This document shows positions 32,719 through 42,823 of a stretch of DNA of 64,000 nt, one piece after another. This DNA comes from a bacterium. Lineage in GTDB: Bacteria; CLD3; SB21. The stretch is from the NCBI GenBank assembly GCA_013360215.1, contig JABWCP010000004.1, positions 62,001-126,000 on the forward strand, written 5' to 3'. The first letter of the stretch is position 1. The number at the start of each line of letters is the position of its first letter. A program made the translations under genes and the position numbers. The notes under the pieces are model-generated. The model saw nothing but the letters and a program-made list of their open reading frames with translations. It did not search any database and was not told where the DNA came from.

Positions 32719-33746
32719 TGTGATGGTTTACGACCCGAGATACTAAAGCCTTTCGAAAAAAGAAAGTAGCTAAACACTTTCAAAATTATCAGTGCTTTAA
32801 CAATAGCTTTTCTGACAAACGTATCGGTTGTAATCAAACTTGGTAGATGTAAAGTGTTAATAAATTTTTCTCTTCTCATTTCAATGGCCAATATATATGG
32901 ATTGAACTGTTTCTCCTTAGGCATGTCATATTTCGAATCATAAGCCATAACACCTCGACGATACATAGAATTAGGCATGATTCCGGTTTTTTTATAATTC
33001 AAAATTGCGTTATCAATTTGCTGCCGGTTAAAATTAGCTGTTCGTTCAGCCAAAAATTTTGCTTCTTTTGATAATTCAGGAAATCGTTCGGAAATATATT
33101 CATACCGATCTTCTTCATACGAATTGATATGTTTTGTTTTACCATCATTGCTTTTTAGATCAAGTCCTTTCTTTTCCCATGATTCCCAAATATTCTCAAC
33201 TTCTTTTCGGCGTCTATAATTAAGTGCATTATTATCATCAATGATTAGTAATAAGCCGTTTGGAGCAAGCAATTTAAAACAAGAACTCAAAAACAACTTA
33301 TGATCATACATATGTGATATAGCATCAACAGTGAGTATCAAATCATAGTAAGAATCTTGTGTGTAGGTGTGAATATCCTGTAGTATTGGTTTCACAGTTG
33401 GTGGCAGTCCAAGGATAGGGAACATTTTTTCCATCCCCTTAACAAACATTTCCATTACTTCTAAGCCAACTACTTCTTTTGCTCCCAAAGTAAACATATA
33501 GACGCATTCCCATCCGGCGCCGCAACCGGCCACTAATACTTTTTTGTTTTCAACATCAATTCCGTGTAAACTTAGAATCGTTTTCCACGCTAAAAGTTTA
33601 CGATTCAGATTCGATTCGGTATCCATGGTCTTAAGTTTACGATCAAAGTACTTTTCGTAGGACGGAAATAGTGATTGTTCGCCGTTTATCTTTTTTACTA
33701 ATTGGATCCGCTCAAAAAGATTATGTATAGAGTTTTTTGTTTTCAT
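32715..33746 (-). CDS. Class I SAM-dependent methyltransferase
   Basis: VLVAGCGAG motif I; YDLIL..DAISH; LAPNGLL. Confidence 0.8.
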   Translation of the reverse strand: MKTKNSIHNLFERIQLVKKINGEQSLFPSYEKYFDRKLKTMDTESNLNRKLLAWKTILSLHGIDVENKKVLVAGCGAGWECVYMFTLGAKEVVGLEVMEMFVKGMEKMFPILGLPPTVKPILQDIHTYTQDSYYDLILTVDAISHMYDHKLFLSSCFKLLAPNGLLLIIDDNNALNYRRRKEVENIWESWEKKGLDLKSNDGKTKHINSYEEDRYEYISERFPELSKEAKFLAERTANFNRQQIDNAILNYKKTGIMPNSMYRRGVMAYDSKYDMPKEKQFNPYILAIEMRREKFINTLHLPSLITTDTFVRKAIVKALIILKVFSYFLFSKGFSISGRKPSQ

Positions 33747-33785
33747 TACTTTCAAAAAAGTATTTTTTAAAATATTCTTTATTAA

Positions 33786-34559
33786 TTAAGCTAATCCGAG
33801 CTTATTGACATCCTGTCCGCCGTCCCTGAAAAATTTAACAGGATCGGGTACAGAGGGAAATTCGCGCACAAGAAAAGATTCTCCGTACTTTGCATCAATC
33901 AACGAACCAAAATGCGCCGCCCGGTTACGAATGGCATCAGTGAATTCCGGAGAACTGATATAGGTTTGTGGTTCGTCGGATTTGTAAGTCGGATTAAAAA
34001 ATTGCGATGCAAAAGCAGCCATTGCTTTCATTTTGATATCGATCGTATCTGTAATATCTACGATAAATATATGCCCGTCTATCCGGCTAAATTCGTACCG
34101 CGCAGCATAATATATAACCTTCGCAGGCCTAAACTTCTCCTGTAATTTTCCTTTGTCCGACGTCTCAATTTTGGAAAGACCGCTGTAAAAAGACGATTCG
34201 CGTACTAAATCACTGGCATGCATGTGATCGGGATGGCGATCATTCCAATATTGGCAAAAAACAAATTCCGGTTGGTATTTTCTAATGATACGAATGGCTT
34301 TGAGTTGATTGGCGCGATCATTGATAAACTCGGTATCGGGTAATTCCAGGTTTTCACGCACGTTTACGCCTAGTATTTTTGCTGCATCTTCAGCTTCTTT
34401 ATCGCGCATTTCGGCTGATCCGCGCGTCCCGGCCTCGCCTCGTGTGATGTCACAAATCCCGACTTTGTATCCTAGTTTGACCAATTTAGCGACGGTTCCG
34501 CCGGCCGATAACTCTACATCATCAGGGTGCGCACCGAAAAACAAAGCATCTAACTTCAT
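33786..34559 (-). CDS. bshB1: Bacillithiol biosynthesis deacetylase BshB1
   Basis: GAHPDDVEL, DITRGEAGTRG, DRHPDH, AFASQF. Confidence 0.9.
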   Translation of the reverse strand: MKLDALFFGAHPDDVELSAGGTVAKLVKLGYKVGICDITRGEAGTRGSAEMRDKEAEDAAKILGVNVRENLELPDTEFINDRANQLKAIRIIRKYQPEFVFCQYWNDRHPDHMHASDLVRESSFYSGLSKIETSDKGKLQEKFRPAKVIYYAARYEFSRIDGHIFIVDITDTIDIKMKAMAAFASQFFNPTYKSDEPQTYISSPEFTDAIRNRAAHFGSLIDAKYGESFLVREFPSVPDPVKFFRDGGQDVNKLGLA

Positions 34560-34645
34560 GTATGATCTCTTTAATTTTTGTCCATGTTACAAAACACTAG
34601 AGGAAAATTCAAGGTGAATGACTTGCCCGAAAGGATTGCGTCAAA

Positions 34646-35290
34646 CTAATTTTTCTTAGACTTTGCAGAACGGATTTGATTTTGAAAGTATGAGCAGTTT
34701 TCATTGACAGGACATTCTTCGCATTTGGGGTTCGTGGGTCTACAAATTTCACGCCCTAAAAAAGAAATAGCCATACCTACATCACCCCAATATTTCTTTT
34801 CAACGACAGCCATTAGATCTTTTTCTATTTTTTCCGGCTTTTCTTCTTTTGTAACGCCTACTCTGGGCGCCACACGTACGACATGCAAATCCACGATAAT
34901 TCCCTCCGCTGGTCCTCCGGATTCGCGAATAATCACACTGGCCGATTTGCGGCCTATTCCTTTGAGTGATGTCAAAGTTTCCATCATAGTCGGTATGTTT
35001 TCATCTGAACCGACAGTTTTTGCAATGCCGGCTAACCATTTAGCTTTGTTACCAAAATTGCGCACATCTCGTATGTGTGACGCGATTTCATCTTCTGTCG
35101 CCTTAGCCAGTTCGCGCATAGACGGATAAACGCCAAAAAACCTCGGCCCGACCTCGTTAATATGCTTGTCGGAATCCTGCGCCGATAAAAGCGTCATGAC
35201 TAAAAGCTGGTATCTGTTTTTGTATTCTAAAGGATGCTTTTTGTTTTTATACTTTTTGATGATCGGCATCAAGGCGTCGTTCCAATTCAT
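34646..35290 (-). CDS. nth: Endonuclease III
   Basis: LLSAQ, HhH LKGIGRKSA, VDLHV, CxxxxxxCxxCxxxxxC Fe-S motif. Confidence 0.9.
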   Translation of the reverse strand: MNWNDALMPIIKKYKNKKHPLEYKNRYQLLVMTLLSAQDSDKHINEVGPRFFGVYPSMRELAKATEDEIASHIRDVRNFGNKAKWLAGIAKTVGSDENIPTMMETLTSLKGIGRKSASVIIRESGGPAEGIIVDLHVVRVAPRVGVTKEEKPEKIEKDLMAVVEKKYWGDVGMAISFLGREICRPTNPKCEECPVNENCSYFQNQIRSAKSKKN

Positions 35291-35313
35291 AAACCTCCTT
35301 TGTATTTATATTT

Positions 35314-36486
35314 TCAGAATAAGCTTTCTTGTACCACCCCGCCGCGTAGAAAACTCGCTGGTTCTCCGCGTACCACTTTTTTATCGAATCCGTATTTTTT
35401 ATAAAACAGGTTAAACAAATTTGATATGTGGTCGGCCATATTACCTTCGCCACGCATGCGTTTTCCAAATTCCGTATTATTTAGTTTTCCTCCGCGCACC
35501 GATTGGATAGCGTGTAATATCTTTTCCTTTTTATTGGGCTCATTTCGCGTAAGCCAATCAGAAAAAAGTTCACGCAACTGGTACGGTAATCGAAGTACGG
35601 TATATCCGGCACTGGTCGCTCCCGAATCTGCAGCTCTCCTTAATATTTCGGGTATTTCGTGATCGTTGAGTCCGGGGATAATAGGAGCCATCAAAACACC
35701 CACAGGAATATTGTTTTTAGCTAATAATTCGATCGCCTTAAGACGGTTATCGGGTCGCGATGTGCGAGGCTCCAATCTACGCGCAAGACCTGTATCCAAC
35801 GTCGTGATCGAGATCATGGCCCCGAATAAATTCAGCTTTGAAAGTTGTGAAATGATATCCAAATCACGCGTTATAAGATAATTTTTGGTAATCATTCGCA
35901 CGGGGTTTCTATATTTGAGAAACACCTCCAAACATGCACGCGTAATTTTTAATTTTCGCTCGATCGGCTGATAACAGTCTGTGTTACTAGAAAAAGCAAT
36001 TGGTTCCGCTTTCCACGACGGCTTCAAAAATTCTTTCTCAAGTAGTTTTGCAGCATCGTATTTGACGTGAATTTTAGTTTCAAAATCCAAACCTAAGGAA
36101 TGACCTAAAAATTCATGTGAAGGCCTTGCATAGCAATAAACACATCCGTGTTCACAACCCCGATACGGATTGATTCCATAAGTAAAAGGTATGTCGGGAC
36201 TGTCATTTTTTGAAAGAATAGTTCGTGATTTGTCTTCGATAAGTTCCGTGGGTACAGTTCGTTCAGGATCTATATCTTCTTCTGTAATATCGTCTATGCT
36301 TTTATCCTGATGCTGCGTATCAAAACGATTGGGTGGATTAAACCCGGAAGAACGCCCTTTGATGTTGGTTGTAAATGGCGTTTGCGGCGCAATTTCAAAA
36401 TCATTATATTCGCTCGCTTCATCCGATTCGTATTTTACGATGCGATATGAATCTGATTTTTCTTCATGTTTTTCCGGCTTTGGCAT
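35314..36486 (-). CDS. PA0069/Rv2578c-family radical SAM protein (SplB-related)
   Basis: NPYRGCEHGCVYCYARP, TDCYQPIE, LEPR. Confidence 0.92.
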   Translation of the reverse strand: MPKPEKHEEKSDSYRIVKYESDEASEYNDFEIAPQTPFTTNIKGRSSGFNPPNRFDTQHQDKSIDDITEEDIDPERTVPTELIEDKSRTILSKNDSPDIPFTYGINPYRGCEHGCVYCYARPSHEFLGHSLGLDFETKIHVKYDAAKLLEKEFLKPSWKAEPIAFSSNTDCYQPIERKLKITRACLEVFLKYRNPVRMITKNYLITRDLDIISQLSKLNLFGAMISITTLDTGLARRLEPRTSRPDNRLKAIELLAKNNIPVGVLMAPIIPGLNDHEIPEILRRAADSGATSAGYTVLRLPYQLRELFSDWLTRNEPNKKEKILHAIQSVRGGKLNNTEFGKRMRGEGNMADHISNLFNLFYKKYGFDKKVVRGEPASFLRGGVVQESLF

Positions 36487-36578
36487 AGCATCAACTTATC
36501 GCATTTAGGAGCAAGACGCAAGCCTGCCGGTTGTAATTCACACACAATAACCATGATTTCATAATTTGGAGTTTTCGC

Positions 36579-39275
36579 ATGGAATACCTTCCGTCTTCTA
36601 AGAATCCGATTCATTCTCAGCGCCGTCGAGGAAAATTTTATGATGTGAGTGATATCTTGGCTCAAAAACCTTCGACGATCTCCGGAGAAGATATACAGTT
36701 TTTTGAAGAACTTGATCTTGTGTACCGCACAATGTGTGGGATTCTCTATAATTTTGTACCTTTATCCGGCCATCCTGGTGGAAGTCTGTCCAGTGGACGT
36801 ATCGTTGAGGGTCTTTTATACCAATCCATGGACTACGATTTTTCCAAGCCGGATATCGATATCAACGACATGATTTGCTACACTGCCGGCCATAAAGCCA
36901 TGGGGTTGTATGCCATGTGGGCGTTACGCAATGAGTTAATTCGCATAGCCAATCCCGGAATGCTTGCCCCCGAACGCCGTCAATTGCGCCTTGAAGATCT
37001 TTTAGGTTTTCGTAAAAACCCGACGCAAGGTACGCCATTATTTGAAAAATTTAAATCGGTTTCACTGGATGGCCATCCGTCATGCATTGTTCCTTTTGTG
37101 AAAACGGCAACCGGTCCTAGTGGTGTTGGCGTACCTGCGGCATTCGGTCTTGCTTTTGGTGCACTGGACATGTACCCCGAAAATCCTCCCCGTACACATT
37201 TACTCGAAGGAGAAGGCGGCATGACACCGGGTCGTGTTTATGAAGCTATAGCCGCAGCCGCTTCCGCTCAGCTTCGTAATGCGGTTTTACACATTGATTG
37301 GAATCAATCAACGATTGATTCAGACCGATGCACCGCTGAAGGTGATAAACACGGCGACTACGTACAGTGGGATCCTGTTGAACTCATGTATCTTAATGAC
37401 TGGAATGTTATTTTTGTACCCGAAGGCCACAATTATCATCAGGTACTCACGGCTCAAAAAATTGCTCTATCTCTCCAATCCGATATGCCTACAGCCATCG
37501 TGTATCGCACGGTCAAAGGTTATACCTATGGCGTCACCGGTAAAGCTTCACATGGTGCCGGTTATAAATTTTGTTCGCCTGAGTTTTATAATTTCATCAA
37601 ACCCTTTGAAGAACAATTTGGTGTGATGTTTCCTCGTTTTGCCGGCGATGCAAAAAACCCTGTGGATGTTGAAACCTTTTATTGGAATACGCTTTTAGTA
37701 ATTCGTGAAGTGCTTGAAAAAAATTCTTTTTTACCGCAAGAAGCTGCCAAACGCCTTGCCTTATCTCAAGATCGTCTATACTCTCATAGCCGTACCCACC
37801 GCGCACATGCGCCAAAGCTAGCCAATATTTATGACGGCACAGTCAACTTAAGCGCAATGCCTGACGATATTCGTTTGGAGCCGGGAACATCCACCACCAT
37901 TCGCGGACAAGTAGGTAAAGTTCTTAATTATCTTAACAAAAAATCAAATGGCGCCTTAGTAGCAACGGCCGCCGATCTTTTCGAATCAACAAGCATTGCG
38001 GCTGTTGGAAAAGGATTTTCGGACGGTATGTTTAACGCAAAAACCAATCCGGGTGCACGTTTAGTACCTGTGGGTGGTATTTGTGAAGACGCGATGGGCG
38101 CTTTTATGTCCGGTGTTTCAAGTTATCGTAATCATATCGGCATCAGCGCCTCGTACGCGGCTTTTATTGTCGCGATGGAACACACCGCAGCGCGGTGTCA
38201 TTCGATCGGTCAGCAAAATTATTGGGAACGTACCGGCGAACCGATGCATACATGGATTATGGTCAATGGGCACGCAGGTCCTAAAACCGGAGAAGACGGA
38301 CCGACACATGCCGACCCACAGTGTTTGCAACTTCTATGTGAAGATTTCCCCTCAGGCAAACTTATAACGCTAACACCCTGGTCACCGGACGAAGTGTGGC
38401 CCCTTATGATCGAAGGGCTCATGAAGCGACCCGCCGTGCTTGCACCTTTTGTAACCCGACCCGCCGAGACAGTCCCAGATCGTGTCAAACTCGGATTGGA
38501 TCCAGCGATCGCTGCAGCTAAAGGTGTTTATGCTTTTCGCCGAGCCAATATGAATGCGCGTGAATATCACGGCACCTTGGTACTGCAAGGCTGCGGAGTA
38601 GCCAGTATGTTTATCAATGGAGTTTTGGAAAAAATCGACAAAGCCGGTTTGAACATGAATATTTTTTATGTTGCCAGCACTGAACTTTTCAAACTCCTTC
38701 CTGAAAAGGAACAGGAGGCTATTTTTCCGGAACATCTCCGTACCCACGCAATGGGTTTGACAGATTTTACATTGCCTACAATGTATCAGTGGATAAGATG
38801 GAATGAAGGACTTAACCGCACACTGCATCCATTCCGGCATGGACACCACCTTTCTACCGGATCGGCTGAAAAAGTGCTTGAGGAAGCAGGGCTTCACAGC
38901 GAAGGTCAATTCAAAGAAATTATGAAGTACGCACGTATGATCGAAAAGATGAATTTGACTAAACCTCAAACAGATTCAGTTAAAGCTGAAGAAAAGATTA
39001 GATCGAATCGAGGTCGTCAAAAAAGTAAAAAGACTGGAGCGGGTCGTATAAACCATGAAAAACAAACAAAGTTGCAGAGAAAAAACACCGGAACTAAGTC
39101 AAACAAGGGTATAAACCGGAATAAAAAAGCGCCAAATAAAATTACTATCAAACCCGGACCCGGTAGACCAAGAAAAAATAAGCTTGTTCGTCCGATAATA
39201 AAATCACAAAAGTCTAAGAAGAATAAGACGACTAAGAAAATAAAGCCAGGACCAGGAAGGCCAAGAAAAAAATGA
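36579..39275 (+). CDS. Transketolase-like ThDP enzyme with a basic C-terminal tail containing two AT-hook motifs
   Basis: SGHPGGSLS, AGHKA, LDGHP, GEG..N ThDP motif, GEDGPTH; tail with IKPGPGRPRK twice. Confidence 0.85.
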   Translation: MEYLPSSKNPIHSQRRRGKFYDVSDILAQKPSTISGEDIQFFEELDLVYRTMCGILYNFVPLSGHPGGSLSSGRIVEGLLYQSMDYDFSKPDIDINDMICYTAGHKAMGLYAMWALRNELIRIANPGMLAPERRQLRLEDLLGFRKNPTQGTPLFEKFKSVSLDGHPSCIVPFVKTATGPSGVGVPAAFGLAFGALDMYPENPPRTHLLEGEGGMTPGRVYEAIAAAASAQLRNAVLHIDWNQSTIDSDRCTAEGDKHGDYVQWDPVELMYLNDWNVIFVPEGHNYHQVLTAQKIALSLQSDMPTAIVYRTVKGYTYGVTGKASHGAGYKFCSPEFYNFIKPFEEQFGVMFPRFAGDAKNPVDVETFYWNTLLVIREVLEKNSFLPQEAAKRLALSQDRLYSHSRTHRAHAPKLANIYDGTVNLSAMPDDIRLEPGTSTTIRGQVGKVLNYLNKKSNGALVATAADLFESTSIAAVGKGFSDGMFNAKTNPGARLVPVGGICEDAMGAFMSGVSSYRNHIGISASYAAFIVAMEHTAARCHSIGQQNYWERTGEPMHTWIMVNGHAGPKTGEDGPTHADPQCLQLLCEDFPSGKLITLTPWSPDEVWPLMIEGLMKRPAVLAPFVTRPAETVPDRVKLGLDPAIAAAKGVYAFRRANMNAREYHGTLVLQGCGVASMFINGVLEKIDKAGLNMNIFYVASTELFKLLPEKEQEAIFPEHLRTHAMGLTDFTLPTMYQWIRWNEGLNRTLHPFRHGHHLSTGSAEKVLEEAGLHSEGQFKEIMKYARMIEKMNLTKPQTDSVKAEEKIRSNRGRQKSKKTGAGRINHEKQTKLQRKNTGTKSNKGINRNKKAPNKITIKPGPGRPRKNKLVRPIIKSQKSKKNKTTKKIKPGPGRPRKK

Positions 39276-39294
39276 TAAAAAAACAGCAATAACG

Positions 39295-39328
39295 AAAAGC
39301 CCCGTTAAATTTATTAGCGGGGCTTTTT
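39295..39328. terminator. Bidirectional intrinsic terminator
   Basis: AAAAGCCCCGTTAA...TTAGCGGGGCTTTTT between convergent genes. Confidence 0.85.
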
Positions 39329-39373
39329 ACTAAACAAAAACATGTTCGAAAGAGTCGATCTTAAATGTATAAA

Positions 39374-39919
39374 TCAAAATTCTATTTTAAACGGTATCTT
39401 TACCAATTCCCAATGCAAATAAACCGTACATGATTTATCGGTTACACTCTCAAAACCATACGTTAGAACTTCTTGAAATTTTGCAGTTTCTTTTTTAACC
39501 GTTACCCGTAAAGCATCTTCATTTTGATCATAGGAATAACTTCCCCAAGCTGTTGAGTTTTTGTTAAAAATAACAACGAACTCTGATTCCCCTGGTATCA
39601 TATGCAAACCATACGTTCCGGCTTTCAGAGTTTGGCCTTCGATTTTAACGTCTTTGCTTACAGTGAAAGTCGTATTCTCATTCGCTCCGGCACGCCAGGG
39701 TATCATCTTGCCGTCACGATTTTTTGTCAAACCAAACGGAACAAGCTCTCCCCATATTTTCCTGCCTTTCACAGAAGGTTGGCTATAATTAATTGATATT
39801 TTTTCTGAACCTACTTTTTGCTCTGATTTGGCCGGAGGACTCGGTTTTTTATTATCTTGAGAAAATACCAAACCCGATAGTATTAGACTAAACGCAAGAT
39901 AACGAAGTGTTTTTTTCAT
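39374..39919 (-). CDS. DUF2911-family exported protein
   Basis: Signal peptide; SPPA, YSQPSVKGRKIWGELVP, WRAGANENT. Confidence 0.88.
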   Translation of the reverse strand: MKKTLRYLAFSLILSGLVFSQDNKKPSPPAKSEQKVGSEKISINYSQPSVKGRKIWGELVPFGLTKNRDGKMIPWRAGANENTTFTVSKDVKIEGQTLKAGTYGLHMIPGESEFVVIFNKNSTAWGSYSYDQNEDALRVTVKKETAKFQEVLTYGFESVTDKSCTVYLHWELVKIPFKIEF

Positions 39920-39946
39920 GCGGATCTCCTTTTATGGTGTAATTAA

Positions 39947-39972
39947 AAACGGTTACCGAAAAGTAACCGTTT
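39947..39972 (-). terminator. Intrinsic terminator after the pgl-surE operon
   Basis: Minus strand AAACGGTTAC-ttttcg-GTAACCGTTT followed by T residues. Confidence 0.7.
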
Positions 39973-40013
39973 ATACGATGTAAACTTTTAAAAGTTTGTT
40001 TCTCAAAGCGATT

Positions 40014-40778
40014 TTAAATTTCAATATTCCACGTTTTTAATTCATCCAAAAACTTATGTGCCGTAAGGTCTATTTGGATTGGGGTCACGGAAACTTTGTT
40101 TTTTAAGACAACTACATCGTCAACATCATCTTCATGATCCAATATCATTTTTTTTCCGGTCAACCAATAGTACGCACGACCGCTTAAGTCTGTTCTTTGC
40201 TCAAACTCTTCTTCATATCGCCCGCGACCCTGCCGCGTCACCGCGATCCCTCTTATGGACGTACGAGGACCGGGAGGAATATTTATATTTAGTAGTGTAT
40301 CCGAAGGCAACCCTTTATCCAAAACCATACGCGCTATTTTTGCCGTAATTTCTGCGGCAAATGTAAGATCCGTTTTATGATCGAAAGCAATCATAGATGA
40401 AGCAATAGAAGGTATGCCCATGATAATACCTTCCGTAGCGGCGGAAACAGTACCGGAATATAGCACATTAGTTGCGGTATTTGATCCGTGATTAATACCT
40501 GAAACTATCAAATCTGGTTTTTTATGAACTAAGTTTTTTACACCGATTTTCACACAGTCGGCAGGAGTTCCGGAAATTGCGTATCCTTTGAATTTTTCTG
40601 GCCGGTGATAGTCAAGCACACGAATAGGATCGTGTATCGTGATGGCATGGCCGACAGCGCTACGTTCTATCTGAGGTGCGACGACAGTTACATCCCCTAA
40701 TTTTTTTAATTCTTTATATAACGCAAAAATACCATTAGCATCTATTCCGTCATCATTAGTCAGAAGTATGTGTTTCAT
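40014..40778 (-). CDS. surE: 5'/3'-nucleotidase SurE
   Basis: ILLTNDDG, GTPADCV, SGINHGSN, YSGTVSAA. Confidence 0.96.
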   Translation of the reverse strand: MKHILLTNDDGIDANGIFALYKELKKLGDVTVVAPQIERSAVGHAITIHDPIRVLDYHRPEKFKGYAISGTPADCVKIGVKNLVHKKPDLIVSGINHGSNTATNVLYSGTVSAATEGIIMGIPSIASSMIAFDHKTDLTFAAEITAKIARMVLDKGLPSDTLLNINIPPGPRTSIRGIAVTRQGRGRYEEEFEQRTDLSGRAYYWLTGKKMILDHEDDVDDVVVLKNKVSVTPIQIDLTAHKFLDELKTWNIEI

Positions 40779-40801
40779 TTTATTCAAAATTATTATTTGT
40801 A

Positions 40802-41674
40802 TCAGCTTTTGGTTGGTTTGAATTGGGTGTCCGTATTCGGCTCAAAAAATTTAAACAACCTCGAGAGCGTTTTTTTAAGTTCATTTCTTGGTACTATCAA
40901 ATCTACAAATCCGTGCTCAACTAAAAACTCGGCTGTTTGAAATCCATCCGGAAGATCTTTTCCAGTTGCTTCTTTGACCACACGAGGACCGGCAAAACCA
41001 ATCAAAGCTCCAGGTTCAGCTATGATAACATCACCCAGCATTGCAAAACTAGCCGTGACTCCGCCGGTCGTAGGATCTGTAAGCAATGAAATATATGGAA
41101 TACCTTTTTCATGGAGTAAGGCAAGCTTCGCTGATGTTTTCGCCATTTGCATAAGCGAAAGAGCTCCTTCCATCATACGTGCTCCGCCGGAAGCTGAAAC
41201 GATAATCATCGGGAGCTTGTTTTTGTATGCTTGATCAATGGCTCTCGATATCTTCTCACCAACAACAGACCCCATGCTCCCGCCGATAAAACCAAAATCC
41301 ATGATTGCCACCATTACAGGACGACCTTCGATGGTACCATAACCCGTTCTTATGGCGTCTTTTATCTTCGTTTTCTTAATCATCGCCTGGATGCGATCGC
41401 TGTACTTTTTGGTATCGACGAACTGAAATGGATCAACTGAAATCATATTAGATTCTGTTTCGACAAAGGAGTTTTCGTCTAACATAATTTCAATATACGT
41501 GCGTGCAAATACGCGAAAATGATAACCGCATTTTACGCACATAAAATAATTTTTTTCCACGTCTTTTTTATACTGAACTTCGCCGCACTTATCGCATTTT
41601 CTCCACACATTCGGCAACTCACGCTTTTCTGTGCTTTCATTAACACCGTCTTTTTTTCTTTGAAACCAGTTCAT
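40802..41674 (-). CDS. accD: Acetyl-CoA carboxylase carboxyltransferase beta subunit
   Basis: CxxC..CxxC Zn ribbon; GGSMGSVVGEKI; SGGARMMEG; PTTGGVTASFA. Confidence 0.96.
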   Translation of the reverse strand: MNWFQRKKDGVNESTEKRELPNVWRKCDKCGEVQYKKDVEKNYFMCVKCGYHFRVFARTYIEIMLDENSFVETESNMISVDPFQFVDTKKYSDRIQAMIKKTKIKDAIRTGYGTIEGRPVMVAIMDFGFIGGSMGSVVGEKISRAIDQAYKNKLPMIIVSASGGARMMEGALSLMQMAKTSAKLALLHEKGIPYISLLTDPTTGGVTASFAMLGDVIIAEPGALIGFAGPRVVKEATGKDLPDGFQTAEFLVEHGFVDLIVPRNELKKTLSRLFKFFEPNTDTQFKPTKS

Positions 41675-41690
41675 AGTCTCCTCAATATTT

Positions 41691-42173
41691 CTAAATAAGA
41701 TTAAGATCCATCAATAAGGCGTCTTCTGTATTCATAAAACCATCATGATAATAGTTTTTTCTAACACCTACTTTTTCAAATAGAAATTTTTGATACAATG
41801 CGATCGCCGTCGTATTGGACTTCCTGACCTCTAACATAACCTTCACACATTTGTTTTGACGCGCGATAGAGATGATGTTTTGCATCATAAGTTTACCCAA
41901 CCCGCGGCCTCTATAATCCGGTGTAACAGCGATATTAGCCAGATGGCACTCATCCAATATTATCCAAAGAACAATGAAACCGATTATCAATTTGTTTTGT
42001 TCCAAAACCAACGGCAATGCAATATCGGTATTTTTTAATTCATCTGCAAAATTACTTCGCGTCCACGGGCTGTCAAATGATGCGCCTTCAATTCGCATGA
42101 CCGTATCAAGGTCATCGTTTGTCATCTTGCGCAATATTAAATTTCCGGGAATTATCAACTCATTAAAGTTCAT
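41691..42173 (-). CDS. rimI: Ribosomal protein S18-alanine N-acetyltransferase
   Basis: NIAVTPDYRGRGLG, LEVRKSN, RKNYY, EDA; next to tsaB. Confidence 0.88.
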   Translation of the reverse strand: MNFNELIIPGNLILRKMTNDDLDTVMRIEGASFDSPWTRSNFADELKNTDIALPLVLEQNKLIIGFIVLWIILDECHLANIAVTPDYRGRGLGKLMMQNIISIARQNKCVKVMLEVRKSNTTAIALYQKFLFEKVGVRKNYYHDGFMNTEDALLMDLNLI

Positions 42174-42823
42174 GAAGCTCCGCGAAATCCTTGAAAATAA
42201 TCCGGAACCACATTATCCAAATCAGCATATATACCCGCTATAGCTTTAGTTAAGCCGATTTTACCGACGGAAAACACATTAGGTAAACCGTCTTGAGAAT
42301 TAGAAGTATGAATACCTGATAATTCACCAAATGATATTGGATCATCAGTTAGAAGTAAATCCCCTTGGAGCAAATTATTTTCGAGCTCATCAAACTTCCA
42401 TACTTGTCCCTTTATCAAAACATTATGGTCTTCAAAAAATGCGATATAATATTCTTTTTTTCTCGAAGTCAGAGCAACCCATATACGCCGATAATGATCT
42501 ATCCACGGCAGCGCGATGGCTTCAAGTGTAGGTACGGTTACCAACGGTACTTTAAAAGAAAAAGCTAATCCTTTTGCTACAGATAAACCGATCCTTAAGC
42601 CTGTAAATGATCCCGGACCTATTGTGACGGCAATGGCTTGAATATCTTTTGAACTAATCGAACTTTGTTGCATTACGTATTCTACAAGTAACATCATCCG
42701 CTCTGAATGTGCGTTATTGATATTGAGATGAATACTTGAGATAAGTTTAATCTCTGATTCGTTACCTTCTACTAGCGCAACGCCGCATATTGATGTTGAT
42801 GCATCTAATACTAATAATTTCAT
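42170..42823 (-). CDS. tsaB: tRNA t6A modification protein TsaB
   Basis: LDAST, HSE, GPGSFTGLRIG. Confidence 0.93.
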   Translation of the reverse strand: MKLLVLDASTSICGVALVEGNESEIKLISSIHLNINNAHSERMMLLVEYVMQQSSISSKDIQAIAVTIGPGSFTGLRIGLSVAKGLAFSFKVPLVTVPTLEAIALPWIDHYRRIWVALTSRKKEYYIAFFEDHNVLIKGQVWKFDELENNLLQGDLLLTDDPISFGELSGIHTSNSQDGLPNVFSVGKIGLTKAIAGIYADLDNVVPDYFQGFRGAS

